This document shows, piece by piece, positions 29,365 through 38,544 of a stretch of 40,252 nt of DNA (position 1 is its first letter; the number at the start of each line of letters is the position of its first letter). The DNA is from Candidatus Nezhaarchaeota archaeon WYZ-LMO8 (GTDB lineage Archaea > Thermoproteota > Methanomethylicia > Nezhaarchaeales > WYZ-LMO8). A program made the translations under genes and the position numbers. The stretch is taken from positions 1 through 40,252 of the forward strand of contig QNVF01000006.1 in assembly GCA_004347965.1 (NCBI GenBank). The letters are read 5' to 3'. The notes under the pieces are model-generated. The model was given only the letters and a program-made list of their open reading frames with translations, ran no database searches and was not told the origin of the DNA.

Positions 29365-29814
29365 GTGAATCGAGAAGGCCATATAGGCTTAACATTGGCA
29401 GTCACTAGCTTGATCCTTCAAGTAATCAATGTAAAATTGCACGAAAGCGTCCTACTAATTTTGCTCTCTACCAGCCTATCGGTACTTCCAGACATAGATC
29501 TTAGACTTGAGGTTAAGCATAGAAGATATACCCACAACATCGTTGTTGCGATACCAATCAGCATCCTTATAGGTCTCCTGACGAGCCATCTTAGCCTAAG
29601 CTTCTGGATAGGCTTCGTAGCAGGTCTCTTAGGCTTCATCTGCCACATAGCTGGCGACGTCTTAACGTACTCAAGCTTCCCACCACTGTGGCCTATAGTC
29701 AAGAGTGAAGTGAGCTTGAAGCTATTTAAGTCCAATGACAAGTTAGTGAACTCCCTCTTCATGTTCATAGGAATATTGCTCTTCTTAGTACTTATTGTTA
29801 AGTTAACTAGTTAG
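29365..29814 (+). CDS. Membrane-bound metal-dependent hydrolase (YdjM/DUF457-like)
   Basis: GH, LPDID, HRRYTH and HIAGDVLT motifs with TM segments. Confidence 0.88.
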   Translation: MNREGHIGLTLAVTSLILQVINVKLHESVLLILLSTSLSVLPDIDLRLEVKHRRYTHNIVVAIPISILIGLLTSHLSLSFWIGFVAGLLGFICHIAGDVLTYSSFPPLWPIVKSEVSLKLFKSNDKLVNSLFMFIGILLFLVLIVKLTS

Positions 29815-29923
29815 CATTCATTGTGAGGTCTTGTGATCTTCACAGAAGCTTGTTAAGTTAGAAGAGTTAGAGATCAAGCTGGTACCCTGAACCTTTAAGA
29901 CCTCTAACTCGAAGTGAGCTTTC

Positions 29924-30544
29924 GTGCGTAAGAAGAGGGTGATATTCCTTGGTAGGCACATTATGATGAAGAAGGACTTTGCAGAGTTAGTACTAGCTGG
30001 TATCAAGACTGCGACCATAAGGCTCGGAATAGTGAAGCCAAAGAAGAAGTATGTTTTGCTCCACAGCGGTGGTAAGGTTCTAGCAGAGCTCGAAATAACT
30101 GGTGTTAAGGTCAAGAAGGTTCGAGAACTCGTAGACGAAGATGCTAAGCAAGATGGCTTTGAGAGTAAGGAGGCCTTCATCGAGGCCCTCAAGAAGATTT
30201 ATGGAGATGTCAAGGAGGACGACGATGTTACAATCCTAAGCTTTAATGTTTTGAGGAGGATAGAAGGTTCAGAGGCTAGTGAGACCTCTCGATATTTGGG
30301 CTTAAGACCAGCTGACGTGGCCAGCATAGCCTTACGATACGGTGTTAAGCTTCATCCAAGGGACCTCATCATCCTTAAGAAGGTTGCTGAGACTGGAAGC
30401 ATTAGGAGAGCTGCAGTTGCACTCTTTGGCGATGTGACTAGGAGGAAGGCCATAAGGGTAGCTTTAAATAAGGCCATAAAGAAGCTCATTGAGTTAGGAG
30501 TCATAGCTAAGAAGGACCTTGAAGAAGGTAGAACCCAAGGCTAA
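29924..30544 (+). CDS. ASCH domain protein with C-terminal HTH-like domain
   Basis: GIKTATIR ASCH motif and DAKQDGFES..F..ALKKIY; C-terminal ETGSIRRAA HTH. Confidence 0.85.
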   Translation: MRKKRVIFLGRHIMMKKDFAELVLAGIKTATIRLGIVKPKKKYVLLHSGGKVLAELEITGVKVKKVRELVDEDAKQDGFESKEAFIEALKKIYGDVKEDDDVTILSFNVLRRIEGSEASETSRYLGLRPADVASIALRYGVKLHPRDLIILKKVAETGSIRRAAVALFGDVTRRKAIRVALNKAIKKLIELGVIAKKDLEEGRTQG

Positions 30545-30592
30545 GTCGAAGGAGTATTTAAGGAAATCTAACTGAACTGAAAAGCTTTAAGA

Positions 30593-31591
30593 TTAGACTA
30601 CGAGCCTAACCTTCATTCCCACGCATCTGGATAAGGCTTTATCATAAGCAAGTTTGGCGGTGACAGCATCTTGGATTGCTAAACCAGTTGATGTGAAAAC
30701 CGTTATCTCGTTAAGCTCTTCTCTACCTCTCTTTAGGCCAGCAACTATCTCCCCCAATTCACCGTACACCTGCTCCCTCTTGAATAAACCTTTAGCTATT
30801 GGCACATTGATCTCTCCACCATGGATAGCCTGCTCCAAGTCATCGACCACAACCTTAGCCCTCAGTAATATGTTTGGATCTATCTCCTCCTTGCCTGGTG
30901 CATCAGCACCTATGCAGTTGAAGTGCACCCCAGCCTTAATCCACTGATCCATGACTATTGGTTCGCGAGAAGGTGTAGTGGTGACAATGATATCAGCCCC
31001 TTCAACGGCCTCTTTTGGCCTCTCATGCACCTGAACTCCCACACCACTAAGCATCTTTGAAGCGTAATTCGCGAATGCCTTAGCGTTCTCCTCAACCACA
31101 TCATAAACCCTTATCTCCTTCAAGTTCTTTAGTACAGTGCTTATGGCCATAAGCTGAGTTCTAGCTTGAGTACCAGCTCCTATAAAGCACACAACCTCAG
31201 AGTCTTCGCGGGCAAGGTACTTAACAGCAATCCCACCAGCTGCACCAGTCCTCATGGCTGTCAACCAGCTCCCACTCATTATAGATAAAGGGAATCCCGA
31301 CTTTGGGTCCACGAGAACAACTATGGCCATAACTGTTGGCAGTCCATACGCTATCCTGTTTCGCGGATGGGAGTTTACGACTTTGACTGCAGAAATCTCT
31401 AGATTCTCAAGGTATGAGGGCATGACCCTCAAGTCGCCATCGTACTTTGTGTAGAAAAGGTAGACCTTTGGGGGCATCTGGACTTTGCCAAGACACTTCT
31501 CTCGAAACGCTACTTCTACTACTTCAATGACCTCTCGCATATCAAGAAGCTCTTTCACATCGTCATCAGTTAAGATGAGGGTCTCGTACAA
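30593..31591 (-). CDS. ala: Alanine dehydrogenase, ornithine cyclodeaminase/mu-crystallin family
   Basis: MPPKVYL, GDLRVMP, KVVNSHPRN, TAMRTGAAGG, IGAGTQA, GADAPGKEE and STGLAIQD motifs. Probable start TTG 31591 (ORF open from 31639). Confidence 0.88.
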   Translation of the reverse strand: MYETLILTDDDVKELLDMREVIEVVEVAFREKCLGKVQMPPKVYLFYTKYDGDLRVMPSYLENLEISAVKVVNSHPRNRIAYGLPTVMAIVVLVDPKSGFPLSIMSGSWLTAMRTGAAGGIAVKYLAREDSEVVCFIGAGTQARTQLMAISTVLKNLKEIRVYDVVEENAKAFANYASKMLSGVGVQVHERPKEAVEGADIIVTTTPSREPIVMDQWIKAGVHFNCIGADAPGKEEIDPNILLRAKVVVDDLEQAIHGGEINVPIAKGLFKREQVYGELGEIVAGLKRGREELNEITVFTSTGLAIQDAVTAKLAYDKALSRCVGMKVRLVV

Positions 31592-31708
31592 CAAACTCAC
31601 CACAATAGGTCTTACCTCAAAGACTAAATGCCTTTCCATAATTTACTAGCTGAGAACATGAAGATCAATAAAGTTAATTAACTTATTGATGAGGTCATAA
31701 ACATACCA

Positions 31709-32467
31709 TTAAGCTCTCCTTTCGAATATATCAATCCCCCTCCTCCACCTCTCTATTACGTTCTCCACCTCCTTAGCCAGATACTCGCAAACCTCCTCAA
31801 GGAACCTCTTAGCCTTCTCCACATCAAAATCTAAGATCGGCTTCTCTTTCCTGTAAGCTAGTGCTGAAGCTGGAAGGGGGTAAGCCCAAAGCCCCTCTTG
31901 ATATGGGACGTACTCATCATCGTCGTAAAGCTCCTTCTTTAGAAGATCATCTCTAGAGGCTATTAGTGCCGCGGTCTCTTCAGCTAATGCATGCCCTTGA
32001 CCAACTGGATAGTACTTGTCGACTACGCTTCTAGCTGCAAGCCACCAGTCAATCACCATGCCCTTTACGCCGACCTCCATGTAGGCCTCTCTAATTGCCT
32101 CCTTTATTGAATCCGTGTTTCCTCCATGACCGTTAACGAAGATGACGTGCTTAAAGCCCTTCTTGCCAAACGAGATTGCGAGCTCCTTGATCATGGACCT
32201 GAAGGTCCCCGCAGTCAATGTGAGGGAGCCAGGATACCCTATCATGCTTCTAGTGACTCCGTAGGGGATGGTTGGAGCTAAGACCCCGCCGATCTTTGAG
32301 CACAGAACTTCAGCTATCTTTTCTGGGATGTAGACATCAGTACCCAACGGCAAGTGCTTGCCGTGAGCTTCAATTGTGCCCACAGGCACGAAGACAGTGT
32401 CAAGCCCCTCATCCAGTAATTTCTTGAGCTCAACCCACGAGAGCTCAGCTAGCTTCAAGACCTTCAA
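31709..32467 (-). CDS. Creatininase / creatinine amidohydrolase family protein
   Basis: PVGTIEAHGKHLPLGTD, NGHGGN and HA..EET motifs. Confidence 0.92.
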   Translation of the reverse strand: MKVLKLAELSWVELKKLLDEGLDTVFVPVGTIEAHGKHLPLGTDVYIPEKIAEVLCSKIGGVLAPTIPYGVTRSMIGYPGSLTLTAGTFRSMIKELAISFGKKGFKHVIFVNGHGGNTDSIKEAIREAYMEVGVKGMVIDWWLAARSVVDKYYPVGQGHALAEETAALIASRDDLLKKELYDDDEYVPYQEGLWAYPLPASALAYRKEKPILDFDVEKAKRFLEEVCEYLAKEVENVIERWRRGIDIFERRA

Positions 32468-32534
32468 GTCTCGTCACCGCTAAGCTTAGCGACAATAGAG
32501 GATATAAACATTGCAAGCAAGATCGCTCATCGCC

Positions 32535-33209
32535 CTAGACTCTATAGAGCAGCCTGAATGGAGCTACGTACTTCTCAACAACTTTATAGTCAGACTCGTA
32601 TATGTGAGCGCTGGTGGACAAGAGAGTAAGCCTTCTAGTACCTCTCGGATACATCTCCTCAGCCAGCGATGCTATCGCATAGAGGTTTGGGTATAAGGCT
32701 TTGGCGTAATCGTGGCTCCTAAAGACTGCGGTTATGTGGAGCTTTCCCTTTCTTAACCTGAACTGAACCCAATTCCAGCACGGTGGGTCGTTGTGCCGAG
32801 TGCTATCTGAGTCCTTTAAGGGATTGTACAGTACGGCGACCGCCTGATTTGTATTTGGGAACTTCGATAGCTTCTCCTTAACGAACGCTACTTGATCAAA
32901 CGTTGCACCGCACCTTGGACAAGCATAAGCTCTAAGTCTCTCACCATACGTGTACGTGAAGCCCATCCTATCTGATGACATGAACTGCTTGACATAAGCT
33001 TCTAATTGAGTTGAGCTTAAGCACCCTATGTTCTCAAGAACCTCTGGATGCTTCGTGGGCTTCGATAAGTCCTCAACGTAGAGAATCAAGTCCTCTACTT
33101 CTAGGATCTTGGAGTCCTCCTTCGTAACCCAAGAGCCGTGATCCAATACTGCTAAGACAGCCTTAAACCACCCATCGTATATGCTCCTAGCCCTCACTAG
33201 AAGAGGCAT
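32535..33209 (-). CDS. thyA: Thymidylate synthase family protein (archaeal ThyA-type, divergent)
   Basis: GFTYTYGERLR, DQ, PPC catalytic Cys, FRSHD, conserved Asn and SAHIY. Confidence 0.8.
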   Translation of the reverse strand: MPLLVRARSIYDGWFKAVLAVLDHGSWVTKEDSKILEVEDLILYVEDLSKPTKHPEVLENIGCLSSTQLEAYVKQFMSSDRMGFTYTYGERLRAYACPRCGATFDQVAFVKEKLSKFPNTNQAVAVLYNPLKDSDSTRHNDPPCWNWVQFRLRKGKLHITAVFRSHDYAKALYPNLYAIASLAEEMYPRGTRRLTLLSTSAHIYESDYKVVEKYVAPFRLLYRV

Positions 33210-33333
33210 CTCTCACCAATTAAAGGTTGGAATTGAAGCTATTTATCTCAGTCGCCTAAGAACCTCAAAGTCACAAGCCACAATTAAGCTCTCCGAGGAG
33301 ACGTCGAGGAACCGAACAACTACGTGGTAAAGA

Positions 33334-33366
33334 AGGGTTTGAGGTTGGGCTAGCCACCCTCACCCT
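33334..33366 (-). terminator. Imperfect GC-rich hairpin just downstream of the 33374..33943 stop codon
   Basis: AGGG-tt-TGAGGTTGG-gctag-CCACCCTCA-CCCT, followed on the minus strand by TCTTT. Confidence 0.35.
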
Positions 33367-33373
33367 CTGGTTG

Positions 33374-33943
33374 CTATTGTAACCAGGGTATATTGATCAC
33401 TATCTTGATCTCTAAGTCGGTGTATCCAAGGCTTCCGATGCTAGCGTAGAAGATCTTCGTAAACAGGTTGTACATCGTGGCAGAGGCGATCTCCTGTACC
33501 ATGCCTTCAGGGAAGTCAGCGACAGTCATATTTACTCCATTGAGCGTTCCACCACTACTACAGAGATATACAGCCTCCATCTTCACATTTTCCATACTGG
33601 CTTCTCCGAAGGTAAGGATCGCTGAAACGTAAATCGGACCTGGAAGACTTGGTATATCTACTTTGAGCGTTCTATTTACAACTTGACCTCCTGGACAATT
33701 TATGGACCCTACCTCTTGGATTATCACGGGGGCAGCTAGCTCTGTTGTTTCGTCAATAACCACTTCGCTCTGTCCACCTTTCATGACTACGTTAGTGAGG
33801 TGGGCTTCTGGAATGGTGATGTCGATGGTCTCGTATATTGCATGTGCGTAGAGCACTGCACCCCATACTACCTGCGCTACCGACATGGCTAGCAGTAGTA
33901 GCACTACTGCCGCAAGCCCTCCCACTGTTATTTTCCAATTCAA
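33374..33943 (-). CDS. Membrane-anchored/secreted beta-rich protein, DUF6230-like
   Basis: N-terminal TM helix, beta-rich body, and C-terminal MVQEIASATMYNL...SIGSLGYTDLEIKI resembling the DUF6230 C-terminus; paired with a DUF6114-like gene. Confidence 0.55.
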   Translation of the reverse strand: MNWKITVGGLAAVVLLLLAMSVAQVVWGAVLYAHAIYETIDITIPEAHLTNVVMKGGQSEVVIDETTELAAPVIIQEVGSINCPGGQVVNRTLKVDIPSLPGPIYVSAILTFGEASMENVKMEAVYLCSSGGTLNGVNMTVADFPEGMVQEIASATMYNLFTKIFYASIGSLGYTDLEIKIVINIPWLQ

Positions 33944-33972
33944 ACTTCAACCCTCCCCTTCCTCTCAAGCGG

Positions 33973-34776
33973 CTAACCGCCGCGTTGAGAGGGGGACCAG
34001 GAGTGGGCGCACGCCCCTCCTAGGATTGCTAATATGCTTCCTAGAGTCATCCCTCCGAAGCACGTGAACCACGATATGAAGCCTATGAAGGGGAGTATGA
34101 GGCCAACAGCTTTAGCTGCACCCTCTCTTGGGTAGGAGAGGAGGAAGAGTGAGGGTAATGCTAGAGCTCCAGCTGTACCGAAGAACTTCGGCCACTCAAT
34201 GAGCCATAGCTGAGGAAGCGTGAGAATTGGGTAGAGACAGAGGAATGCTGCTAGGAGACCTAGGTAGGACCCCCAGAATGGCACCCTAGCCCTCAACCTC
34301 CTCCACTTCTCCCTCAAGAGGAAGTAGCCTATCGTTGGGGGGATAACTATGGCCAACGTGACCATGGGGGTCACAGTCATAGCGTTGAGTATGGCGAACA
34401 AGAAGGGGAGGGGAGGGGGAGGAGCCACTCCAACCAGCATTAGAGCGAGGTACAATAGGACTCCTATAACCACGAAGATTGCTATTAAGGAGCCAACAAC
34501 TACTCTAGGCACTCTCTCAAGCGGAATAAAGCCTGCCTCTATCGAGTCGATGACTATGGTTCCTAAGAGGAGGAAGGTGAGGAAGACGACCGTTATGGTT
34601 ATCGCCGCAAAGAAGGATCCGAGGACGAAGGCGTAGGTGCGAGGTACTACCCCTATTAACATCCATGAAGCCAATGTTGCAAGGAAGAGAAGGGGGAGAA
34701 CAATCCTCCTCCTATTCCAAAGTTCAAGAAACCACATTACGATGCTGCCTATCAAGGAGTACGCATCCCTTCCCAT
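33973..34776 (-). CDS. Polytopic membrane protein with C-terminal DUF6114-like domain
   Basis: WRRLRARVPFWG...FGGMTLGSILAILGGACAHSWSP resembles the DUF6114 pattern (WR..RPFWG...GG...G..L...GG....W.P). Confidence 0.65.
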   Translation of the reverse strand: MGRDAYSLIGSIVMWFLELWNRRRIVLPLLFLATLASWMLIGVVPRTYAFVLGSFFAAITITVVFLTFLLLGTIVIDSIEAGFIPLERVPRVVVGSLIAIFVVIGVLLYLALMLVGVAPPPPLPFLFAILNAMTVTPMVTLAIVIPPTIGYFLLREKWRRLRARVPFWGSYLGLLAAFLCLYPILTLPQLWLIEWPKFFGTAGALALPSLFLLSYPREGAAKAVGLILPFIGFISWFTCFGGMTLGSILAILGGACAHSWSPSQRGG

Positions 34777-34812
34777 GAAAGGGTCCTCTACATCAAAATA
34801 TTAGTATTTTTG

Positions 34813-34830
34813 TTATTATTATTATTATTA
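34813..34830. repeat. (TTA)6 microsatellite upstream of the DUF6114-like gene
   Basis: TTATTATTATTATTATTA read directly. Confidence 0.8.
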
Positions 34831-34939
34831 CTTTTATTTCTCTTGCCTTACATTTAAACCTTATCTCATTTCACTCTCGAAGTCTAGCTTTCTTAGATAA
34901 GTACGTAGAGGTACTGAAGATGAACAGAATCGAGTTCCC

Positions 34940-35947
34940 CTACGCTACTCTTCCATAGCCTCTCAATCCTCTTGAGATCCAAGGTATTGCAATCTCAAGT
35001 CTAACAGCCTTCAGATACCTATTGATGTCCTTGACCTCGAAGGTTGGTTGAAAGGTGTATTCTAGAATGCTTTTTCGTACAATGCTTGGCTCTACATCTA
35101 TTAGGTTACTTAGCTTAGTTGCTTGGTCTACATAGTCTCTCTTTGACAATGAATCTATGAGCTTCTCGATCATTAAGTTAGCAAGTTCCTCTTCCACTGG
35201 ATTTACAGCCAGTACACAGCAAGGATAAGGACCTATGTAGTCGCTGAACCTAACCATCCTCTCATGACCCTTAGACTCTAAGATGCTCGCGTAGGGCTCC
35301 CATATGCTTAGCATTTGAACCTCCTTCCTCTCTAACGCTTCGACCATGCGCTGCGGGCTTTCGAAGTAAATAACCTCAACATCGCTAAGACCTCTCTCCC
35401 TCAGATAAGTTGCCAAGCAAGCGTCCATTGTGGAGGCAAATGTTGAGCCAGCCCTCTTAACTTCGTTTAACTTAACTCCCCTCATCAAAACAATGCTTCC
35501 ACCACCACTAACCCCAGATGCTACGATCCTAAACTTCCCCCTAGACGTAGCATAGAAGACCAGCTGTGTTATGAGTGGTGAAAAGCAGGCGTCTATCTTG
35601 CCCTTAACCAAGTCACTCATTACTGCAACTCCATCATTGTAGACCTTCATGTAGACTCCAAAACCTTCCTCTTCAAGTCTAGACTTAAAGTCGAATATGA
35701 AGGGGTATTCAGCAGCTCTCACAATACCAATCCTTATAAGCTTGCTTGGTGACTCTACTCCCTTCAACCAAACCCTGAAGCCGGAGCCGGGAACCCTCCT
35801 TCTAACGATAGTCCCCTTACTTTCAAGCTTCGATAAAAAGTAGGATATAGTCGATTTGGAGAAACCTATGCGCTCAGCTAATTCAGATTGAAGGACCCCC
35901 TTAGCGCCCCTCTCTCTCAAAAGCCTTAGTATGGCTTCCTCTGCCAT
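34940..35947 (-). CDS. Winged-HTH regulator fused to an NMT1/SsuA/THI5-like substrate-binding domain
   Basis: GVLQSELAERIGFSKSTISYFLSKLESKGTI HTH, then IRIGIVRAAEYP, SGGGSIV, STMD, IWEPY and YPCC SBP-fold motifs; no signal peptide. Confidence 0.8.
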   Translation of the reverse strand: MAEEAILRLLRERGAKGVLQSELAERIGFSKSTISYFLSKLESKGTIVRRRVPGSGFRVWLKGVESPSKLIRIGIVRAAEYPFIFDFKSRLEEEGFGVYMKVYNDGVAVMSDLVKGKIDACFSPLITQLVFYATSRGKFRIVASGVSGGGSIVLMRGVKLNEVKRAGSTFASTMDACLATYLRERGLSDVEVIYFESPQRMVEALERKEVQMLSIWEPYASILESKGHERMVRFSDYIGPYPCCVLAVNPVEEELANLMIEKLIDSLSKRDYVDQATKLSNLIDVEPSIVRKSILEYTFQPTFEVKDINRYLKAVRLEIAIPWISRGLRGYGRVA

Positions 35948-35985
35948 CTCCTAGGGAATTGATGGAAAAACTTATATATTTTCTT

Positions 35986-36007
35986 TTCGAATTGGTAGTA
36001 ATTCGAA
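35986..36007. promoter_or_regulatory. Perfect inverted repeat TTCGAATT-N6-AATTCGAA between the TATA box and start codon (candidate operator)
   Basis: Arms at 35986-35993 and 36000-36007; TTATATAT at 35972-35979; ATG at 36013. Confidence 0.65.
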
Positions 36008-36012
36008 GAAAA

Positions 36013-36189
36013 ATGAAGAGCTGGTTAGTAATCACTTGCTTCATAGCCTTACTATTGCTAGCCTACTTATTCCCTTACACAATCCTAAGATCTCCAGAGC
36101 TTACTTGGTTCACGTACCTCTTCTGGTGTATTGATGCGCTGGTAGCCATAGCCTTAATGTTCTACGTTATGAGAAGCTGGAGGGTCTAA
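36013..36189 (+). CDS. Small two-TM membrane protein, probable accessory subunit of the solute symporter
   Basis: Two hydrophobic helices; stop codon 1 bp before the SSS gene. Start refined to ATG 36013. Confidence 0.75.
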   Translation: MKSWLVITCFIALLLLAYLFPYTILRSPELTWFTYLFWCIDALVAIALMFYVMRSWRV

Positions 36190-36190
36190 A

Positions 36191-37687
36191 TTGGACCCTA
36201 TGACCGTTTTAGTCTCAATAATAGCTTTTCTTGCTATATGCTTCTTCATAGCTCATCAAGGCAAGCTAAGGACTGAGAGGACCATTGAGGATTACTTCAT
36301 AGCTAGAAGGAGAATAGGGGGCTTCATAGCGGCTATGACCTACTCAGCTACAACATATAGCGCTTTCATGATGGTTGGTCTCGTTGGATTGACAGCTATA
36401 CACGGTGTTGGAGCATTAGGCTTCGAGCTCGTGTACTTGATGGGCTTGATGCTTGCTGTTCTACTTGGCTTGAGGTTCTACGTTGCTGGTAAAAAGCGGA
36501 ACATCATCACACCAGCTCAACTGCTTACGGAGAGGTATGGGAGTCCATTGCTTGGAATGACAGTTGCCATTCTCTATCACGTTTTCCTGATACCCTACAT
36601 GGCAGCTCAGTTGATAGGTGTGGGTGTTTTGGTTAGCGGATTGACTAATAACGCCATACCATTCGAGATAGGTGCACTGCTAGTAATTGTAGCGACCCTT
36701 GCCTACACATTATGGGGTGGAATGAGGGCCGTTGCTTGGACGGATACACTGCAAGCTATCGTGATGCTTGCATCGTCCCTCACAATGCTCTTCATAGCGT
36801 TTCAGCTAGCTGGAGGTGTGGGTGCGGTCTTTGAAAAGTTAGCTCAAGATTCGAGTGTGCTAGGAGTTCCTGGTCCTCACAATAGGTTTACGCTAATAGC
36901 GTTCATCAGCATGACCGTGCCCTGGTTCTTCTTCTGCGTATCCAATCCCCAAGTTGTTCAAAGATTCTACATACCGAAGTCTGTTGGAGCTCTTAGGAAC
37001 ATGATAGGAGGCTTCTTAATCTTTGGCTTCATCTATACGGTGATAGTGACTCTGTTAGGTCTCGTCGCTCACATACTTGTTCCTCACATCAGAGATCCGA
37101 ACATGGTCACTCCCACACTACTCACCATGATATGGGAGCCTATAGCAATACTCGTACTCCTAGGAATATTGGCTGCTAGCATATCGACCCTCGACTCGAT
37201 AATGCTCACTCTTAGTTCTGAGTTTGCAATGAACGTTGTGAAGGTCGTAAGGCCAAGATACGACGAACTCAAAGCTTTAATGATTAGCAGAGCTTTCATG
37301 ATAGTCATAGTGTTAGCGACGATAGTATTCTCCTTCACTAGGGGCTTCATAGTGGAGCTAGCAGTTATGTCCTCAAGCTGGCTTCTACAGTTTGTTCCAG
37401 CCTTCATAGCTGCTCTGGTGTGGAAGCGTGCAAATAAGATCTCAGCTTACGCTAGCATAGTAGTAGGTGTTGCCGTAACCGGGATACTAACCCTTGCGCG
37501 CTACATACTACAACCAGGTAAACTGAGTTCGTGGATGCAAACTATATTACAACTCGATCCAGGGGTTTGGGGTCTCTTAGCAGCAACGCTGACCTTGCTA
37601 GCCTTTTCTGTCTCTACGAAGACTGATGAGAGGGGGCAACGCTTCGTTAAGGAGATCGAAGAAGCATTAAGAGAGCTTCTTAAGTAA
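36191..37687 (+). CDS. Sodium:solute symporter family transporter (PutP/PanF-like)
   Basis: EDYFIA.R, ATTYSAF, GGMRAVAWTD.LQ, PQVVQRFY and AASISTLDS motifs; about 13 TM helices. Confidence 0.93.
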   Translation: MDPMTVLVSIIAFLAICFFIAHQGKLRTERTIEDYFIARRRIGGFIAAMTYSATTYSAFMMVGLVGLTAIHGVGALGFELVYLMGLMLAVLLGLRFYVAGKKRNIITPAQLLTERYGSPLLGMTVAILYHVFLIPYMAAQLIGVGVLVSGLTNNAIPFEIGALLVIVATLAYTLWGGMRAVAWTDTLQAIVMLASSLTMLFIAFQLAGGVGAVFEKLAQDSSVLGVPGPHNRFTLIAFISMTVPWFFFCVSNPQVVQRFYIPKSVGALRNMIGGFLIFGFIYTVIVTLLGLVAHILVPHIRDPNMVTPTLLTMIWEPIAILVLLGILAASISTLDSIMLTLSSEFAMNVVKVVRPRYDELKALMISRAFMIVIVLATIVFSFTRGFIVELAVMSSSWLLQFVPAFIAALVWKRANKISAYASIVVGVAVTGILTLARYILQPGKLSSWMQTILQLDPGVWGLLAATLTLLAFSVSTKTDERGQRFVKEIEEALRELLK

Positions 37688-37758
37688 CTTCTTAAACGAT
37701 TTAAATCTCACTTAGCTTAAAATTACTCATACTTAGCTTTCTTCAGGAGCTGACGTCT

Positions 37759-38544
37759 GTGATAGTAAGGAGCCTACCTGAGGATGAGATTACCAAGATA
37801 ATAGTTGAGCACGCTTGTAAAGACTGGATTAAGATATCAAGGACTGACATCATAATTGTTGGAGCAGGACCCTCAGGTATGACGGCAGCAAGATACTTGG
37901 CTAAGAAGGGCTTTGAAGTAGTGCTTTTTGAAAGGAGATTGAGCTTCGGTGGTGGTATAGGAGGAGGCGGCATGCTCTTCCACAAGGTTGTGCTGGGAGA
38001 GCCAGCCGATCAAATATTGAGAGAGGTTGGCTGCAAGCTAACTCCAGTTGGTAATGGGATCTACGTAGCAGATGCAGCAGAAATGCTTGCTAAGCTAGCT
38101 TCAGGAGCAATTGATGCAGGTGCCAAGGTGATACTAGGTGTTAGCGTGGACGACGTGATATTTAGGGAGAACCCATTGAGGGTTGAAGGGGTAAGCATAC
38201 AGTGGAGTGCGGTTCAAATAGCTGGCCTCCACGTAGACCCAATGTTCGTTAGATCTAGAGCAGTGATAGACGCTACAGGTCACGATGCTGAGGTTGTGAC
38301 TGTTGCTTCTAAGAAGATACCCGATGTGTCGATAACCCTCATGGGGGAGAAATCTGCTTACAGTGAATTATCAGAGCAGCTAGTCGTAGAGAAGACGGGA
38401 AAGGTTATAGAAGGTCTTTACGTTGCTGGAATGGCGGTAGCAGCGGTTTATGGTCTTCCAAGAATGGGACCCATATTCGGCTCAATGCTTCTATCGGGGA
38501 GAAGGGTAGCTGAGATCGTTGAGAAGGATTTGAGAGAAAGATGA
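37759..38544 (+). CDS. thi4: Sulfide-dependent adenosine diphosphate thiazole synthase (His-type Thi4)
   Basis: [32 protein letters not shown] and [14 protein letters not shown] motifs. Confidence 0.95.
   Translation: MIVRSLPEDEITKIIVEHACKDWIKISRTDIIIVGAGPSGMTAARYLAKKGFEVVLFERRLSFGGGIGGGGMLFHKVVLGEPADQILREVGCKLTPVGNGIYVADAAEMLAKLASGAIDAGAKVILGVSVDDVIFRENPLRVEGVSIQWSAVQIAGLHVDPMFVRSRAVIDATGHDAEVVTVASKKIPDVSITLMGEKSAYSELSEQLVVEKTGKVIEGLYVAGMAVAAVYGLPRMGPIFGSMLLSGRRVAEIVEKDLRER

Noticed and set aside
35948..37758. TPP riboswitch upstream of the SSS or thi4 genes
   Set aside because: Spacers are only about 65-70 bp, AT-rich, and lack the CTGAGA...CCTGA...AGCGTAGGGAA core
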